Made by a program: the position numbers and the translations under genes
The notes under the pieces: generated by a model
Told to the model about the DNA's origin: nothing
Database searches by the model: none
What the model saw: only the letters and a program-made list of their open reading frames with translations
Part shown: piece after piece, positions 13,226-34,748 of the stretch
Layout of the letters: every line of letters starts with the position of its first letter
How positions within the stretch are numbered: position 1 is the first letter of the stretch
Source: the human T2T-CHM13v2.0 reference genome, Homo sapiens
Length of the DNA stretch: 64,000 bases
NCBI RefSeq assembly: GCF_009914755.1
Contig: NC_060935.1
Strand: one strand, 5' to 3'

Positions 13226-15450
13226 CTAACTGAATTACAATTCTGTGGTCAGAGAGGAGAAGAAAGTTAGAAAGAAGTGCTATTGCACAAAATGCTGATG
13301 TGGGCTTCCTAAAAACAGCCTCAGGCCCCGTTCCTGAACAAATTCATGGGTACTAAATCTCCTAAATAAGCTCAGGGATCTCAGAGTTGAAACGTATGTG
13401 TCCCGCTTCTTGTTTGAAAGCGAAGCTCAAGATAGGAAGGTGGCAGGCTCAAGATACTGTTACACATTCTAGAATTTGGAGGGAGTCTCACAGATTCCCA
13501 TCCTGCCCCCAGTGGGGTCAGCCAAAAGCCTTTTCCTCATGTAGCTGAGACTGGTGGGGATGGGAAGTTGCTAGGCAGTAAGAACGTAGTAAAGGCAGCC
13601 TGCCAGTTCCCCAGTGGACCTTCAGAAAATGTTAGTTGCAGCCAGGTGTAGTGGCTCACACCTGTAATCCCAGCACTTTGGGAGGCCAAGGTGGGCAAAT
13701 CGCTTGAGGTCAGGAGTTCGAGACCAGCGTAGCCAAGATGTTGAAATCCCATCCCTACTAAAAATACAAAAGTTAGCTGGGCGTGGTGGTGCATGCCTGT
13801 AATCCCAGATACTTGGGTGGCTGAAGCAGGAGAATCATGTCTGAGCGTCGGGAGATGGAGATTATAGTCAGCCAAGATCGCACCACTATACTCCAGCCTG
13901 GGCAACAGAGCGAGACTCCGTCTCAAAGAAGAAAGAAAGGAAAGAAAGGGAAGGAAGGGAAGGAAAGGAAGGAAATGTTAGTTGCTTCTTTCTTTTTTTC
14001 TTCTCTTCCTCCCTCCCACCCCCATTTCTTCTTCGTCAATCTCTCTAATATGCCTCCTTCATTTCTGACCCAGAAATGCCCAGTCCCTGCCCAGTCCCTC
14101 CTTTTCTGGTCCCACCTCCTCTCCCCAACTCTGGCATTCCCTAACCCAACCCTCCTCCTCCTAGAACATCCAGAGCCACTGTAGTTAGAATCACTTCCTT
14201 GGGGCTCTAGTCAACCTCCCTAGTCACACAAATGGGTTACTCCTCCCTTCAAAAATCCCTCTAAAATGATAGTAAACAATCTTAAAAAGAATACTACCCA
14301 CAAAGACAGGAAGAATGGGAGAGATGACAATGGCAGGTAAAAAAGGTCACTTTGGAAGATGAATAACAAATGGCAGATTAAAGGAAGTTGTAATCTACTT
14401 GAGAGGTGAATCCATTTGTTCTGGAGAACGCTTGAGAGACTCAGGGCTTAGACACACAGGAATCTCAAAGATGGGGAGGCAGGAGTGGCAGGTGTTCCCA
14501 GTTGTCTCTCCAATAGCCTGTCACCCTTCCTTCTTGCCAAGAGACCTTGATTTTATCCAGGGCCATGATGTACCCTGCTAAAATAAAAACTCAGACTCTC
14601 TTGCCACTAGGGGCAGCCCCCCAATCCAGTTCTGGCCAATAAAAGTCCACTTGGAGGACTTCTAGGAAAGCTAGAGAGCTTTCCTGAATTAAAGGAACAA
14701 AGGGGAGCTGGCAAAAGCCTTCTTCCCTTTGCCCTTCCCCATTCCTTCTGCCCCAATAGTGATCAAGGTGCCTAGGAGCACCATAAATGTGAAAGCCACA
14801 TGCTGAAGGGAAGAGAAGGAGATGGGACATCTGTGTCACCTTGGAGCTGCTGCACCAGCCTGGGCAGCAACCACTAGATGTCTTGTTGTTGTTGTTGTTG
14901 TTGTTATTGTTGTTTTCAAATCAACAGTTATCTGGTTAAACCACTGTGGTCACGTTTCGTCAGGGACAGTTGAATACAATCCTTAATCCATAAAATGATT
15001 GTTGATGGAACATCGTCTACAGAGGAGTTAGCCAGATTCCTTCTCCTATCCCACAGAGCCGGACAAAAAGATGCTTCCTCTTTCCTCCTCAAAGACCAGA
15101 AGTTTATTTTCTAGAGAATTTATCTAAGAGACTTTGGATTGGGATGGGGAATACGAAGCCCATCAGAGAAGTAGATAAACGCATGAGGCTGAGATGGGAG
15201 GATCAAATGGAAACCAACATTCTACCCGCTTGGGCCACCAGCCACCTTCCCCAGCCTCAGCCAGATCACTGAATTCCAGATCAATCAGGAAAAACAGTAG
15301 AGATGGGGTTTGAGTTAGGGCTAGGCATAGGGTAGGGTTCAGGTTCCTATAAATAGCTGAAACCAAATGATGGTGAGCTGTATTATGATGACACAACTAG
15401 GCTCACGACCAGTTGAGACGTGCTAAAATAACCCTCTTCCAAGAGGTGAG

Positions 15451-15955
15451 TGTGGGAGACAGAATAACGGCCCTCAAAGGTGTCACATCCGAATCTCCAC
15501 CTGTGAACACTCCTCACGTGGCAAAAGGGACTTTGCAGATGAGAATAGAAATTGTAAGAAAGGGAGATTATCCTGGGTTATCTGGGTGGGCCCAATGTCA
15601 TCCCAAGGGACTTCCTTTAAGAAGGAGGCAGGAGAGTCAGAGTCAGAAAAGAAAATCGTGATGATGGTGACAGAGAGAGAAGTGACGTAGCAGCAGAAAC
15701 AGAGGCCAGAGGGAGAGAGAGTTAAAGATGCTAGGCTGTTGGCTTTGGCAATGGAGGATGAGGCCATGAGCCAAGGATACAGGCAGCTTGTAGAAGCAAG
15801 AAAAGACAGATTCTCTTCTGGAGCTTCCCGAAGGAACTCAACCCTGCAGACCCAGTTTGAATTTCTGACCACCAGAACTGTAAGATAATGTGTGTTGTTT
15901 GAAGCCAATAAATTTGTGGTAATCTCTAACAATAGGTCACTAGAAAGGGAATGAC
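15451..15955 (+). mobile_element. MLT1 (MaLR) LTR
   Basis: tgtgggagacagaataacggccctcaaagg start and ctgtaagataatg...gtggtaat 3' region resemble MLT1D/E. Confidence 0.65.
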
Positions 15956-16198
15956 TGATCCTTAGTGGGGTGCCAGGGAGAAGGCTTTGCAGGAGGGGTT
16001 CATTTAAACTGGGCCTTAAGGCAGGAAACGAAGGTAAAACAGGAGTAAAGGGAATTCCCAAGAGTGGTAAAATATGTTATCAGTTGTGGGTAAACAAGAA
16101 GGGAAAGGACTCTCCTATCCACAGGAGATCAATCACAGTTTGCCTGGATCTGTCCCTGTTTATGCCCATTGTCCCAGTATAATTTTTTTTTCTTTTGA

Positions 16199-16357
<159 letters not shown>

Positions 16358-16599
16358 TAGTAGGGACAGGGTTTCTCCGTGTTGGTCAGGCTGGTCTCGA
16401 ACTCCCGACCTCAGGTGATCCGTCCGCCTCGGCCTCTCAAAGTGCTGGGATTACAAGGCATGAGCCACTGCGCACAGCCTAGCGTTGCTTTTCAATCTGC
16501 AATTACAAAATCGTGGCATGCCACTTCACGCTTCTCGCCACCAACCCAACCACCCAGCCCCTAGCCTGGTCAGGAGCAGGAGGTTCCCCGCGTGCCACC

Positions 16600-16855
16600 A
16601 GGAAGCTCGGGCCGGCCAAGAGCGTAGACTCTTGAGAGGAGTGAGACAGGTGCGCGCCAGCCGGCCTTCGGGGCTTTATGGGAACTGGGCCGTGCGGCGG
16701 TCCCGCCCTCGTGCGCAGGCGCAGAACCGTTGTGACCAGAGCGGTGGCGGGCTGAGCGGTTTCGAGCCGGCGTCGGGGAGCGGCGGTACCGGGCGGCTGC
16801 GGGGCTGGCTCGACCCAGCTTGAGGTCTCGGCGTCCGCGTCCTGCGGTGCCCTGG
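16600..16855 (+). other. ASRGL1: ASRGL1 non-coding exon 1 (5' end approximate)
   Basis: Strong donor CTGG|gtaagt at 16855/16856 inside the CpG island; matching acceptor ccccacag| at 17169. TSS cannot be fixed from sequence. Confidence 0.7.
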
Positions 16856-17257
16856 GTAAGTCGGCGGCCCTCCCGGAGCAGCCGCCCGAGACGCGGGAGG
16901 GCGAATGAAATAAACGAAAATAGACATTTTCCCGAAGGCGAAATAGACATCCTCCTTCGGCGCCGGGGCTTGGAGGCGGGCGGCGGTGGGCGCGGGTTAA
17001 CGTCCCCGGGGAAACTGAGACCCCAGCAGGTCCGGGCCGGGGGCGGAGAGGAACGCGGGAGGGCGCCGGGCCCCTGGGCTTTTCGTACCAAGCTCGACCG
17101 AGCCGCCCCTACCCACCCCCAGCTGCGAACCCAGCCGTTCAGAACAGAGACTGGGCATTGTCCCCACAGGGTCTCCCGAGGACCTTGTACCCGCGCGGTT
17201 TCCTTGGGCTGGCTTTGGACGACGCTTTCGCCTTCCTGCTGCCTAGGATCCGCCGAC

Positions 17258-17447
17258 ATGAATCCCATCGTAGTGGTCCACGGCGGCGGAGCCGGTCCCA
17301 TCTCCAAGGATCGGAAGGAGCGAGTGCACCAGGGCATGGTCAGAGCCGCCACCGTGGGCTACGGCATCCTCCGGGAGGGCGGGAGCGCCGTGGATGCCGT
17401 AGAGGGAGCTGTCGTCGCCCTGGAAGACGATCCCGAGTTCAACGCAG
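17258..17447 (+). CDS. ASRGL1: ASRGL1 exon 2 coding part (isoaspartyl peptidase/L-asparaginase N-terminus)
   Basis: Kozak gccgacATG; MNPIVVVHGGGAGPISKDRKERVHQGMVRAATVGYGILREGGSAVDAVEGAVVALEDDPEFNAG with the HGGGAG and FNAG motifs of type-2 asparaginases; donor G|gtaaat, phase 1, 190 nt. Confidence 0.97.
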
Positions 17448-17596
17448 GTAAATGTGCCTTTCAGCTAGTAAATAATGTGAGTCAGGTCAAGCTCCTTCTT
17501 CAGAATAAATAGAACCTACATAGTGTTAGGGAATCTAATGAGCTTTGGGGTGAAACTAAGTATGTAAAAAAGAAACAATATTTAATTTTTCTACCT

Positions 17597-18725
<1,129 letters not shown>

Positions 18726-19234
18726 GAGTGTATTCCTTTGTGTTTCGCTTCTTTCACTCAGTCCACCCTTTTTTGGAATACTAATCATTATAGCTAATAT
18801 GAGTATCTACCATGTATCAGGCAGTGGTCTAAGAAATTTGCTTGATTTATTGAATCTGAACATTAAATGAGTTGATCATGTAACTCTCTTAAGTTGGTTA
18901 ACTTGTGTTAAACTAACTCAAGTTAACTCATAATGAACATTAAATGATTCACTTATGAGTTAATCACTTAAACTCAGTTGAGTTAAATGAGTTAGGTATA
19001 AGTTAGGCATAATTATTATCCTCATTTCTCAGATCAGACTAAGGCATAAACAGATTAACTTGCTGGAAGACATTCATCTCTTTGTTTTAAAATGGCAAAC
19101 CTAAGATCTAGGCTAGAGATTGAAATACTTCCTGGAATTATACCACCCATCTGTCAGGGAAAAGAATTTCAGGAAATCTTAATTAATCATCAAATATTTA
19201 CTCTTGTTCTGTCCCCTTTACGCAGCACTCTTTA

Positions 19235-19354
<120 letters not shown>

Positions 19355-20461
19355 CTAGGCAACATGGCAAAACCCCATCTCTACAAAAAAAAAAAAATAC
19401 AAAAATCAGCTGAGCGTGGTGGCACAAGCCTGTAGCCGCCGCTACTCAGGAAGCTGAGGTAGGAAGATTCCTTGAGCCCCAGGAGGTCAAGGCTGCAATG
19501 AGCCAAGACTGCGCCACTGCACTCCAGCCTGGGTGACAGAGTGAGACTCTGTCTCTGAAAATAAAATTAAGTTCATCTGAATTTAAAATGAGACCTAATA
19601 GTGTGCTTTCATGGCTCCATTTGTAGAGCCAGAATTTACCAGATAGGCACTGACTTTGCCAGCAGAGGGAGCAGCCAGCTCTTTCTGTGGGTGACTTGTT
19701 AAACCTTACGCTTCTTAGCACTCAGCATCCCCTGGGCTGTCAAACCCTCACTTATTTACACAGGACCTTCATTTGAAATGGGTCATTCTGGTTTCCGACC
19801 ATCTCTTATTCTAACAATTTGTCATCTGCATGCATTGGGAAGCACAGATTAGGGAATTGGAGCAGCTAGTTCTCATTTTTTTGCTCTGTATCCAGAGGCC
19901 TTCCTTCTCAACGTCTGCCCTCTCATCTTTCAAATGTCCTCTATTCCGCATATTGAGGAAGAAAAGAGTAGAGCTGAAAAGAGGGAAAGCAAAGATTATG
20001 GGGGGAAAGGTGGGACTTTTAACAGCGTACTGTGGACCTTGGCTTTTCCCAGCCAAGGTCAGTACCGGCAAGCAATATTCCCAGCATCCTCTGCTATAAT
20101 CCTCTAGAATAAATAACTGTTTGGGAACTTCATACAAAAAGCTGACTCCCAGTAGGTATTGAGTTCAGTGGCAGTAATTAGCATTCATGACACAACTTGC
20201 CTGAACATTTGTAAAAACATTATGTTTATTTACATTCTATTCCTGTTTCAGTGTGCATTTGACTTTATGTCAAATTGAAAAGTGGTTGATTTTTAGATAC
20301 CAACACTGTAAAGACTGAACTTTTAAATTTGAATGCTAGGAATATTCTTTAAAAACTTACTTAGATTGGCAACCAAATGACCATTTGCTTTCACTGGAGC
20401 TCAGCGATATTTACACAGCACTTGAGATATTCTCTCTACAATTCAATTTACAAGCTATTAG

Positions 20462-20689
<228 letters not shown>

Positions 20690-20984
20690 TAGCCAGGATG
20701 GTCTTGGATCTCCTGACTTCATGATCCGCCCACCTCAGCCTCCCAAAGTGCTGGGATTACAGGTGTGAGCCACCACGCCCGGCTGAAAACAGGATTTTTT
20801 TCATTTATCCAGTCTCTTTCTGGACTTACAATGTAGAATCAATAAGGTAAAAATCTGTAGTGGGGTCTAGGAATTGGTATTCATTTCTTTGTTTTGAAGA
20901 TTCCCAGGTGATTCTGAGATACAACCAGGTTTAGAATCTACTAGCCTAATACCATACAATTTTAATGGGTTTGGTGTTGGTTTG

Positions 20985-24868
<3,884 letters not shown>

Positions 24869-25036
24869 TGAAAAGGCATATTGCAAGTCCCCTGGTTATG
24901 CACACTTCTGTCCAATGTGGCTACAAATCAAGGGTTACCATGACCCCCTCCTCAGGCTTGATAATTTACTATGATGGCTCATAGAACTCTGGAAAACATT
25001 TATGTTTACCAATTTATTATAAAGAATATGATAAAG

Positions 25037-25282
25037 CCGTGGTCCCCAACCTTTTTGGCACCAGGGACCAGTTTCATGGAAGACAGTGTTTCCACAGAGA
25101 CTCTCGCAGGCACAGTTCACAACAGGGTTCACATTCCTATGAGAATCTAATGCTGCTGCTGATCTGACAGGAGGCGGAGCTCAGGTAGTAATGCTCATGC
25201 GCCTGCCACTCACCTCCTGCTGTGGGGCCCAGTTCCTAACAGGCCACAGACCAGTACCAGTACCTGGGGGTTGGGGACTCCT
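25037..25282. mobile_element. MER1-type hAT non-autonomous DNA transposon nested in an LTR
   Basis: Terminal inverted repeats ggtccccaac / gttggggactcc and duplicated tatgataaa flanks. Confidence 0.75.
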
Positions 25283-25979
25283 ATGATAAAGGATACAGAT
25301 GAAGAGTTGCATAGGGTGAGGTCAGTTCAGTTCTGACGCTGCCTCTCTGGGGTCAGAGTCCAATCCCACAGGTTCAGGGCTCAGTCCCGTAAGACTGCTT
25401 CCCACTTCAGATGCCAATCTTGAGTAGTAGCTTGTCACTTCTACTTCCGACCAACCAGCTATAAATTGGGGTTCCCATGACTCCCTCCTCGAATTCAGTT
25501 AATTTGCTAGGGTAGCTCACAGAACTCAGAGAAATATATTTACCAGTTTATTATATGAATAATGGATATAATGGAGGATACAGACAGGGAGATGAAGAGA
25601 TGCATAGGGCAAGGTATGGGGGAAGGGGTGTGGACCTTCCCTGCCCTCTTCAGCACACCACCCTCCTGGCACCTTCACATACCTAGCAATCCAAAAGCTC
25701 TCCCATCATCAGCCCTTACAGGTTTTTATGGAGGCTTCTGTGAGACTGAGTAACAAACGTAAGAAGCCATGTTTGCTAATTTCTTCATGCCAACATCATT
25801 TCATGAAGCCCCTGATTCTGTGACGATGTGCAGATGTGCCGCTTTCTGGAAGAATGATTTGAAGACAAAATTGGATAGAGCACACAGCCCCCATGTCTCT
25901 TGCCCGAGTCACTGTATGTCTTAAACGATAAATGATCCTAGTCTTGCCTTTTCCTACACTTAAGATAACATCTGGGTCA

Positions 25980-26297
<318 letters not shown>

Positions 26298-26834
26298 TTA
26301 TGCATACCTCTGTCATCTATAGCCAGATGCACTTTTGCACCCAAACTTTGATGTGATTCTGTTTTAATGTAACTTCTGAGGAAGTCTCATGTAACCTTTG
26401 AGCATGTACTAACCCTCCACAACCTGTATATCAGCTCTAAGGGGAGACACAGTTTTGAAGCAGTTTGACAGCACCTCTCTGAAGGACCCCTCTGGACTAT
26501 AGTCATCAGTCTATAGTCCTCAGTAAGATTTCTAAATAAAACTAATTATTTAAAAGCTCAATTTTTTTTTCTCTAGTTGACATTTCATGGCATAGGCACA
26601 ATTGATTAAATCGTTGGCCATTGGTTATCAACTAACCCTTCAGTCTCTCTCCCCTTCCTCGGAGATAGAGGGGTGAGACTGAAAGTTCAGGCCCTCTGAT
26701 TACACGATTGGTTCCCTGGCAACCAGCTCCCCATTTTGAGGCTATCTAGCCCCTAACCATCAGTCATCTCATTGGCATACAAAAAGATAACTTACCACTT
26801 TGGCGCTTCCAAGTACTTTAGGAGCTGTGTGTCA

Positions 26835-27242
<408 letters not shown>

Positions 27243-27707
27243 TTAAGTTCCAAAAAGCAAAACTTGCCTCACACGAAGTACTACATTGAATCCACACTAA
27301 TAAACTGATATGGTAGACATTGTATCAGGTATCATAAGTGATGTAGACATTGTATCAGGTATCATAAGTGATTTAGAGATGATTTAAAGTATACAGGAGG
27401 ATGTGCATCGATTATATGCAAATACTATGCCATTTCACGTAGAGGACTTGAGCATCCATGGATTTTGATATTGTAACTGCCCAAGGGGTTTTTCTTGCCT
27501 GCTACACAAATAAAGATCGTGGCATTGTAGTAAGGAAAAAATTTAATAGACCACATGGCCAGCCACACCATGTGGGAGATGGAGTTAGTACTCATCATCT
27601 CTTCCAAAGCTCCTGGGTTAGGGGTTTTTCAAAAGCAGTTTAGGGAAAGGGGTGCGACTGGCAAGGCTTGCTGCTGATTGGGGCAGAGATGAAATGAAAG
27701 GGGGTCA

Positions 27708-28018
<311 letters not shown>

Positions 28019-28205
28019 TTAAAACTGTCCTCCTGTGCACTGAATTGTTTCTGGGCGAGGCCACAGGGGAGATGGTTGGCAGGTCCAGGTGGAGCCATGC
28101 ATGTCAGACATGGATAAAAATCTGAAAAGATATCGCAAAAGGCCAATCTGCAGTAGTGGTGGTACCCAAAGGAATGGTTGGCAGTCTGTGTCTACACCTC
28201 ATTAG

Positions 28206-28379
<174 letters not shown>

Positions 28380-28921
28380 TGAGTCGCTGGGATTACAGGC
28401 ATGCACCACCACACCCAACTAATTTTTGTATTTTTAGTAGAGACGGGGTTTCACCATGTTGGCCAGGCTGGTCTCGAACTCCTGACCTCGTGATCCTCTC
28501 ACCTCAGCCTCCCAGAGTGCTGGGATTACCGGCATGAGCCACCGTGCCCAGCCTTGATGAACTTTCATTCACTTTACAAAAGCAGTTGCGTTTGGGGCAA
28601 GGCCTGTTATCCTTTTAACTATAGCCTAAATGTCTCTCAAAGTTAGCTCTGCCCAATAGCCCAGGAATAATTAAGGGAAAGGCAAGATGGGGTGGTATGT
28701 TAGCTCAGATCTCTTTCACTGCCATAATTTTCTCACTGAAATAATTTTTGCAAAGGCAGTTTCAATGTTTCCAGGGGTCCCACATCCAATTCCCCACGGA
28801 TACTGAGGGACAGCTCTATGTGTTTCTCCTTGTAAATCACAGTATGACATCCTCCCTAACAACTAGCAATCACTATCTCTTTCTTATTACTATTATTTTG
28901 AGAATGTTCTGTAAATGGAGT

Positions 28922-29466
28922 TGTTACCAGACGGGTCCCGATCCAGACCCCAAGAGAAGGTTCTTGGATCTCACGCAAGAAGGACTTCAGGACGAGTCCG
29001 TAGAGTAAAATGAAAGCAAGTTTATTAGGAAAGTAAAGGAATAAAGCATGGCTACTCCATAGAGCAGCCCCGAGGGCTACTGGTTGCCCATTTTTATGGT
29101 TATTTCTTGATGATCTGCTAAACAAGGGGTGGATTATTCATGCCTCCCCTTTTTAGACCACATAGGGGAACTTCCTGACGTTGTCATGGCGTTTGTAAGC
29201 TGTCACGGTGGGAGTGGAGCAGTGAGGACGACCAGAGGTCACTCTCGTGGCCATCTTGGGTTTGGTGGGGTTTGGCTGGCTTCTTTACTGTAACCTGTTT
29301 TATCAGCAAGGTCTTTACGACCTGTATCTTGTGCTGACCTTGTGTCTCATCCTGTGACTTAGAATGCCTTAACCATCTGGGAATGCCTGCCGCCCAGCAG
29401 GTTTCAGCCTTATTTTACTCAGCTCCTATTCAAGATGCAGTTGCTCTGGTTCAAACGTCTCTGACG
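28922..29466 (-). mobile_element. Solo ERV1 LTR (LTR19-like)
   Basis: tgttaccagacggg...gatccagaccccaagagaaggttcttggatctc end; other end reverse-complements to gtcagagacgtttgaaccagagcaac. Confidence 0.6.
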
Positions 29467-29881
29467 GAATCATACAGTATGTGACCTTCTGGAAATGGCT
29501 TTTCTCATTCAGCATTTTTGCCCCTGAGATCCATCTAAGTTGTTGCCCATATCATTTATTTCTTTATTGCTGAGTAGTATTCTCTAGTATAGTTGTACCA
29601 CAGTTTATTTAAACATTCACCCGGGAAAGGATATTTTGGTTGTTTCTAGTTTGGGACTATTACAAATAAAGCTGCTATGAACATTCATGAACACGTTTTT
29701 ATATGAACATAAATGTCCATACCTCTGGGATAAATGCCCAGGAATGTGATTTCTGGGGCAAATGGTAGACCCCATATAGTTTGGTCAAATTTTTTATCCA
29801 GGCCAGGCACAGTGGCTCACGCCTGTAATGCCAGCACTTTGGGAGGCCAAGGCAGATGGATCACTTGAGGCCAGGAGTTCA

Positions 29882-30112
<231 letters not shown>

Positions 30113-30830
30113 CTATATCTGTCTTCTAATTAGTATATTTAGAAGATTTACATGTTATATAATTACTGATATGTTGAGATTTAAACCTGCTATTGTATGT
30201 CTAGTGTTCTGTTTGTTATTTTTGCTTTCTTTTTCTTGCCTTCCTATGGGTTGTTTGAGCATTTTTTAGAATTTCATTTTGTTTTAGCTGTAGTATTTTT
30301 GAGTGTATCTCTTTATATAGATTTTTTAGCTATTTGCTCTAGATATTATGCTGTACATGGATAAACACATGTAACTTATCACAGTCTAAAAATGTTAACA
30401 TTTTACCATTTAAGCAGACCCTAGAGACCTTACCTTTCTTTACGGTCCCTTTACCCTCCCCTGCTGATCATATAATTGTCTTAAATATTTCCACTATGTG
30501 CATTGAGAACCACTTCAGACAATGTTACCATTTTGCTTTAACTGGCAAACATAATTTGGAAAATTCAAGAGGAGAAGGAAAGTCTATTATATTTACCAAT
30601 TTTTTCTCCTTTCTTTATTCTTTCTTCCTTCCCAATGTTCCAAGATTCCTTTCTGGCTGAGCCTGGTGGCTCAAGCATGTAATCCCAGCACTTTGGGAGG
30701 CCGAGACAGGTGGATCACCTGAAGTCAGGAGTTCGAGACCAGCCTGGCCAACATGGTGAAACGCCGTCCCTACTAAAAATACAAAAATTAGCTGGGCGTG
30801 GTGGCGGGCGCCTGTAATCCCAGCTGCTCA

Positions 30831-30929
<99 letters not shown>

Positions 30930-31589
30930 TCATCTCCAAAAAAAAAAAAAATCGTTTTTTTTGGTGGGGGTGGGGACAAGGTATTAATTTTACTCTGACA
31001 CCCAGACTGGAGTGCAGTGGCACAATCAGAGCTTTGCAGCCTTGACTTCCTAGGCTCAAGTGATCCTCCCACCTCAGCCTCCCGAGTAAAGCTGGAACTG
31101 CAGGTGAGCACCACCACACCCAGCTAATTTTTTATTGTTTTGTAGAGACAGGGTCTCCCTGTGTTGCCCATGGTCGTCTCAAACTCATGGGCTCAAGCAC
31201 TTCTCTTACCTTGGCCTCCAAAGTGCTGAGATTACAGGCATGAGCCACCTCACCCAGCCAAGAACTTCTTTTAGCCATTCTTTTAGGTTAGGCCTGCTGG
31301 CAACAAATTCTTTCCATTTGCCCTTATCTGTGTTATGGACTGAATGTTTATGTCCCCCTCAAAATTTAAGTGTTGAAGCCCTAATCTGGCTGTGTTTGGA
31401 GATGGGGCCTCCAAGGAAGTAATTAAAATTAAGTGAGGTCATAAGGATGGAGTCCTGAACCAATAGGATTAGTGTCCTTATAGGAGACACCAGAGAGCTT
31501 GCCCACTCTCATGGGCACAAGAAGAGGTCATGGAGCAGTGAGCACACAGGGAGATAGTAACCACCTACAAGCCAAGAGAGGAAGCCTCA

Positions 31590-31757
<168 letters not shown>

Positions 31758-33590
31758 CTACTCAGGAAGCTGAGGCACAAGAATCACTTCAACCCAGGAG
31801 GCAGATGTTGCAGTGAGCCGAGATCACACCACGGCACTCCAGCCTGGGCGACGGAGTGAAACTGTGTCTAAAAAAAAGAAAAAGCAGCAGCCTCAGAATG
31901 AAACCTACCCCTTTTTGGCACCTTCCTAATACAATCTGAGAGTATCTTGGTTTCTCCTTCATTCCTGAAGGATATTTGCGGAATAAAGAATTCTGAATTT
32001 ATAGTTCTTTTCTTCAGCACTTGAAAAATGCTGTTCTTCTTCCTTCTGGCCTCCGTGGTTTCTGGTGACAAATTCTTTGTCATTAAAACTGGTTTCTCCC
32101 CTATAGGTAAGGTGTCATTTCTCTCTTGCTACTTTCAATGTTTTTTTGTCTTTAGTTTGCGGTGGTTTGGTTATGATGTGTCTTAGTGTGAATGTCTTTG
32201 TGTTTAGTCCTATTTAGGGCTTGCTCACCTTCTTAAATTGGTAGATTTATGCTTTTTGCCAAATACAAGGAATTTTCAGGCATTATTTTTTTGAATACTT
32301 CTCATTCCCACCCATTTTCTCCTCCCATCTAGGAGTCTGATGACTTGAATGTTAGCTCTTTTGTTATGGTCCCGCTGGTTGGCTGGGCTCTGTTCATTTT
32401 GGTTTTTTCCAGGCCCTGTTCTGTTGTTCAGACTGAGTGATTTCTTAGTCCAGTAATTCTTCTGTCTTGTCTGTTCTGCTGTTAAGCCCATCCATTGAGA
32501 TTTCTTATTTTGATTATTATATTTTTCAGCTCTAACTTCCATTTGGTTTTTCTTTACATCTTATATTTCTTTGCTGAAACTTTATAATTTTTTTAGTTAT
32601 TTCAAGTTCATTGAAGCATTTTTATGATGCTTTTTTTTTTTTTTTTTAAAGGGACAGGGTCTTAGTCTGTCACCCAGGCTGGAGTACGGTGGTGTGATCA
32701 CAGCTTACTGCAACCTCAAACCCCTGGCTCAAGTGATCCTCTTGCCTCAGCCTCCCAAGTAGCTAGGCCTTTGGGTGTGTGCTACTATGCCCAGCTAATT
32801 TTTTTTTAAGAGATGGGGTCTTGCTGTGTTGTCCAGGTTGGTCTTGAACTAGGCCTCAAGAGATCCTCTTGCCTCAGCCTCCCAAAGTGCTGGGATTACA
32901 AAGCACAGGTATGAGCCACCATGCCTGGCCAATGGCTGCTTTAAAATTCCTGTCAGGTAATTCCAACATCTGTGTCATCTTGGTATTGTCATCTGTTAAT
33001 TCTTTTTCCTTAGGTTGAGATGTTCTTGGTTCTTCATATGATGAGTGACTTTCTGTTGTATTCTAGACATTTTGCATATTATGTTTTAAGACTTTGGATA
33101 TTATTTATATAAATCTTTTATCAGGTCTTCTCTAACCTGCGCTGATCAGTGTAAAGGGATGCCTTATTATTGCCAGATGGAAAAGATGTGAGCTTCTTTG
33201 GCAGAAGAAAGTAGATGTCTAAGCCACACACCTGGATTTGATTCCTTGCTCTTTACCCAGAAGACATTTGATATTGGGAAAGTTGCTTTTCTGGTTTCCC
33301 CACCTGTTAAACTGGCATGTAATCAGGGCAGCAAACACTTACTGTTTGCCTACACATGCTAGACATTATTCTAAGTGTTTAATATGCAATACCTACCTCA
33401 TTGATGGTTGTAAGGATTAAATGGGTTGATGTTCTTACTCATTTTACACATGAAGAAACAAGCACAAAGAGATTGAGAAGCATAGCTAGATTTGTAGGCA
33501 TTATCTGGGCAGAGAAATATAGAGAAAGGGTGCTAGTGGTAAAAACAACAGCATGTGCAAAGGCACAGAGACACGTGGGCTCCTAGTATA

Positions 33591-34096
33591 CAGTAGCCCT
33601 CCGTTATCTATGGGGGATGTGTTTCAAACCCCCAGTGAGTGCCTGAAACCACCAATGGTACTCAACCTTATATCGGCTGGTTTTTTTTTCATACATACAT
33701 ATGATAAAGTTTAATATATTAATTAGCCGCAGTAAGAAATTAATAACAATAACTGATAATAAAAGAGAACAATTATAACAGTATGCCAGCATCACTACTC
33801 TTGTGCTTCGAGACCATTATTAAGTAAAATAAGGGTTTCTTGAACACAAGCACTGAGAGGTGCTACTGCAGCTGATCTGCTTGGTATTCGAGACGGCTGC
33901 TAAGTGACTAACAGGCAGGTAACCTATACAGTGTGGATATGCTGGAGAAAGGGAGGAATCACGTCCCTCTGAAGGACAGAGTGGGATGATGCTAGAAGTG
34001 TTTATTTCTGGAATTTTCCATTTAATAATTTGGGGCCATGGTTGACTGAGGATAACTGAAACCTCAGAAGCAAGGCTGTGGATAAGGGGACTACTA
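33591..34096. mobile_element. MER44/Tigger-type DNA transposon
   Basis: TIR-like cagtagccctccgttatc ... gataaggggactac with TA context. Confidence 0.65.
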
Positions 34097-34435
34097 TCTT
34101 CAGGGAAACCTTATTTCAGTAAAATATAGCCAAGGAAAGAAAATGAAGCTGGAAAAGCAGGTCAAAGGCCAGGTTAGGAAGGGCTTTGTACTTTTTTATT
34201 TTGTAGGTCATGGAGTGCCAAGTCAGATTTCTTTTATTTTTTTTTTTGAAACGGAGTCTCACTCTGTCACCCTTGGCTCATGGCAACCTCCGCCTCCCGG
34301 GTTCAAGTGATTCTCCTGCCTCAGCCTCCCAAGTAGCTGGGATTACAGGCACGCACCACCACGCCTGGCTAGTTTTTATATTTTTAGTAGAGACAGGGTT
34401 TCACCATGTTGGCCAAGCTGGTCTCAAACTTCTGA

Positions 34436-34748
<313 letters not shown>

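Larger units (their letters stand above)
16560..17450. promoter_or_regulatory. ASRGL1: CpG island / ASRGL1 promoter
   Basis: Very high GC and CpG density against a CpG-depleted background; GC boxes (cccgccc, ggggcgg); spans exons 1-2. Confidence 0.9.

Noticed and set aside
16570-17352. 260-aa antisense ORF over the promoter
   Set aside because: GC-rich shadow ORF with no recognisable domain.
16820-17512. 230-aa ORF extending ASRGL1 N-terminally
   Set aside because: Non-AUG start, runs through intron 1 and past the exon 2 donor; stop-free frames are expected in a CpG island.
27313-27372. Exact 30-bp tandem duplication
   Set aside because: Simple two-copy slippage inside a Tigger-like element; no spacer structure, not CRISPR-like.
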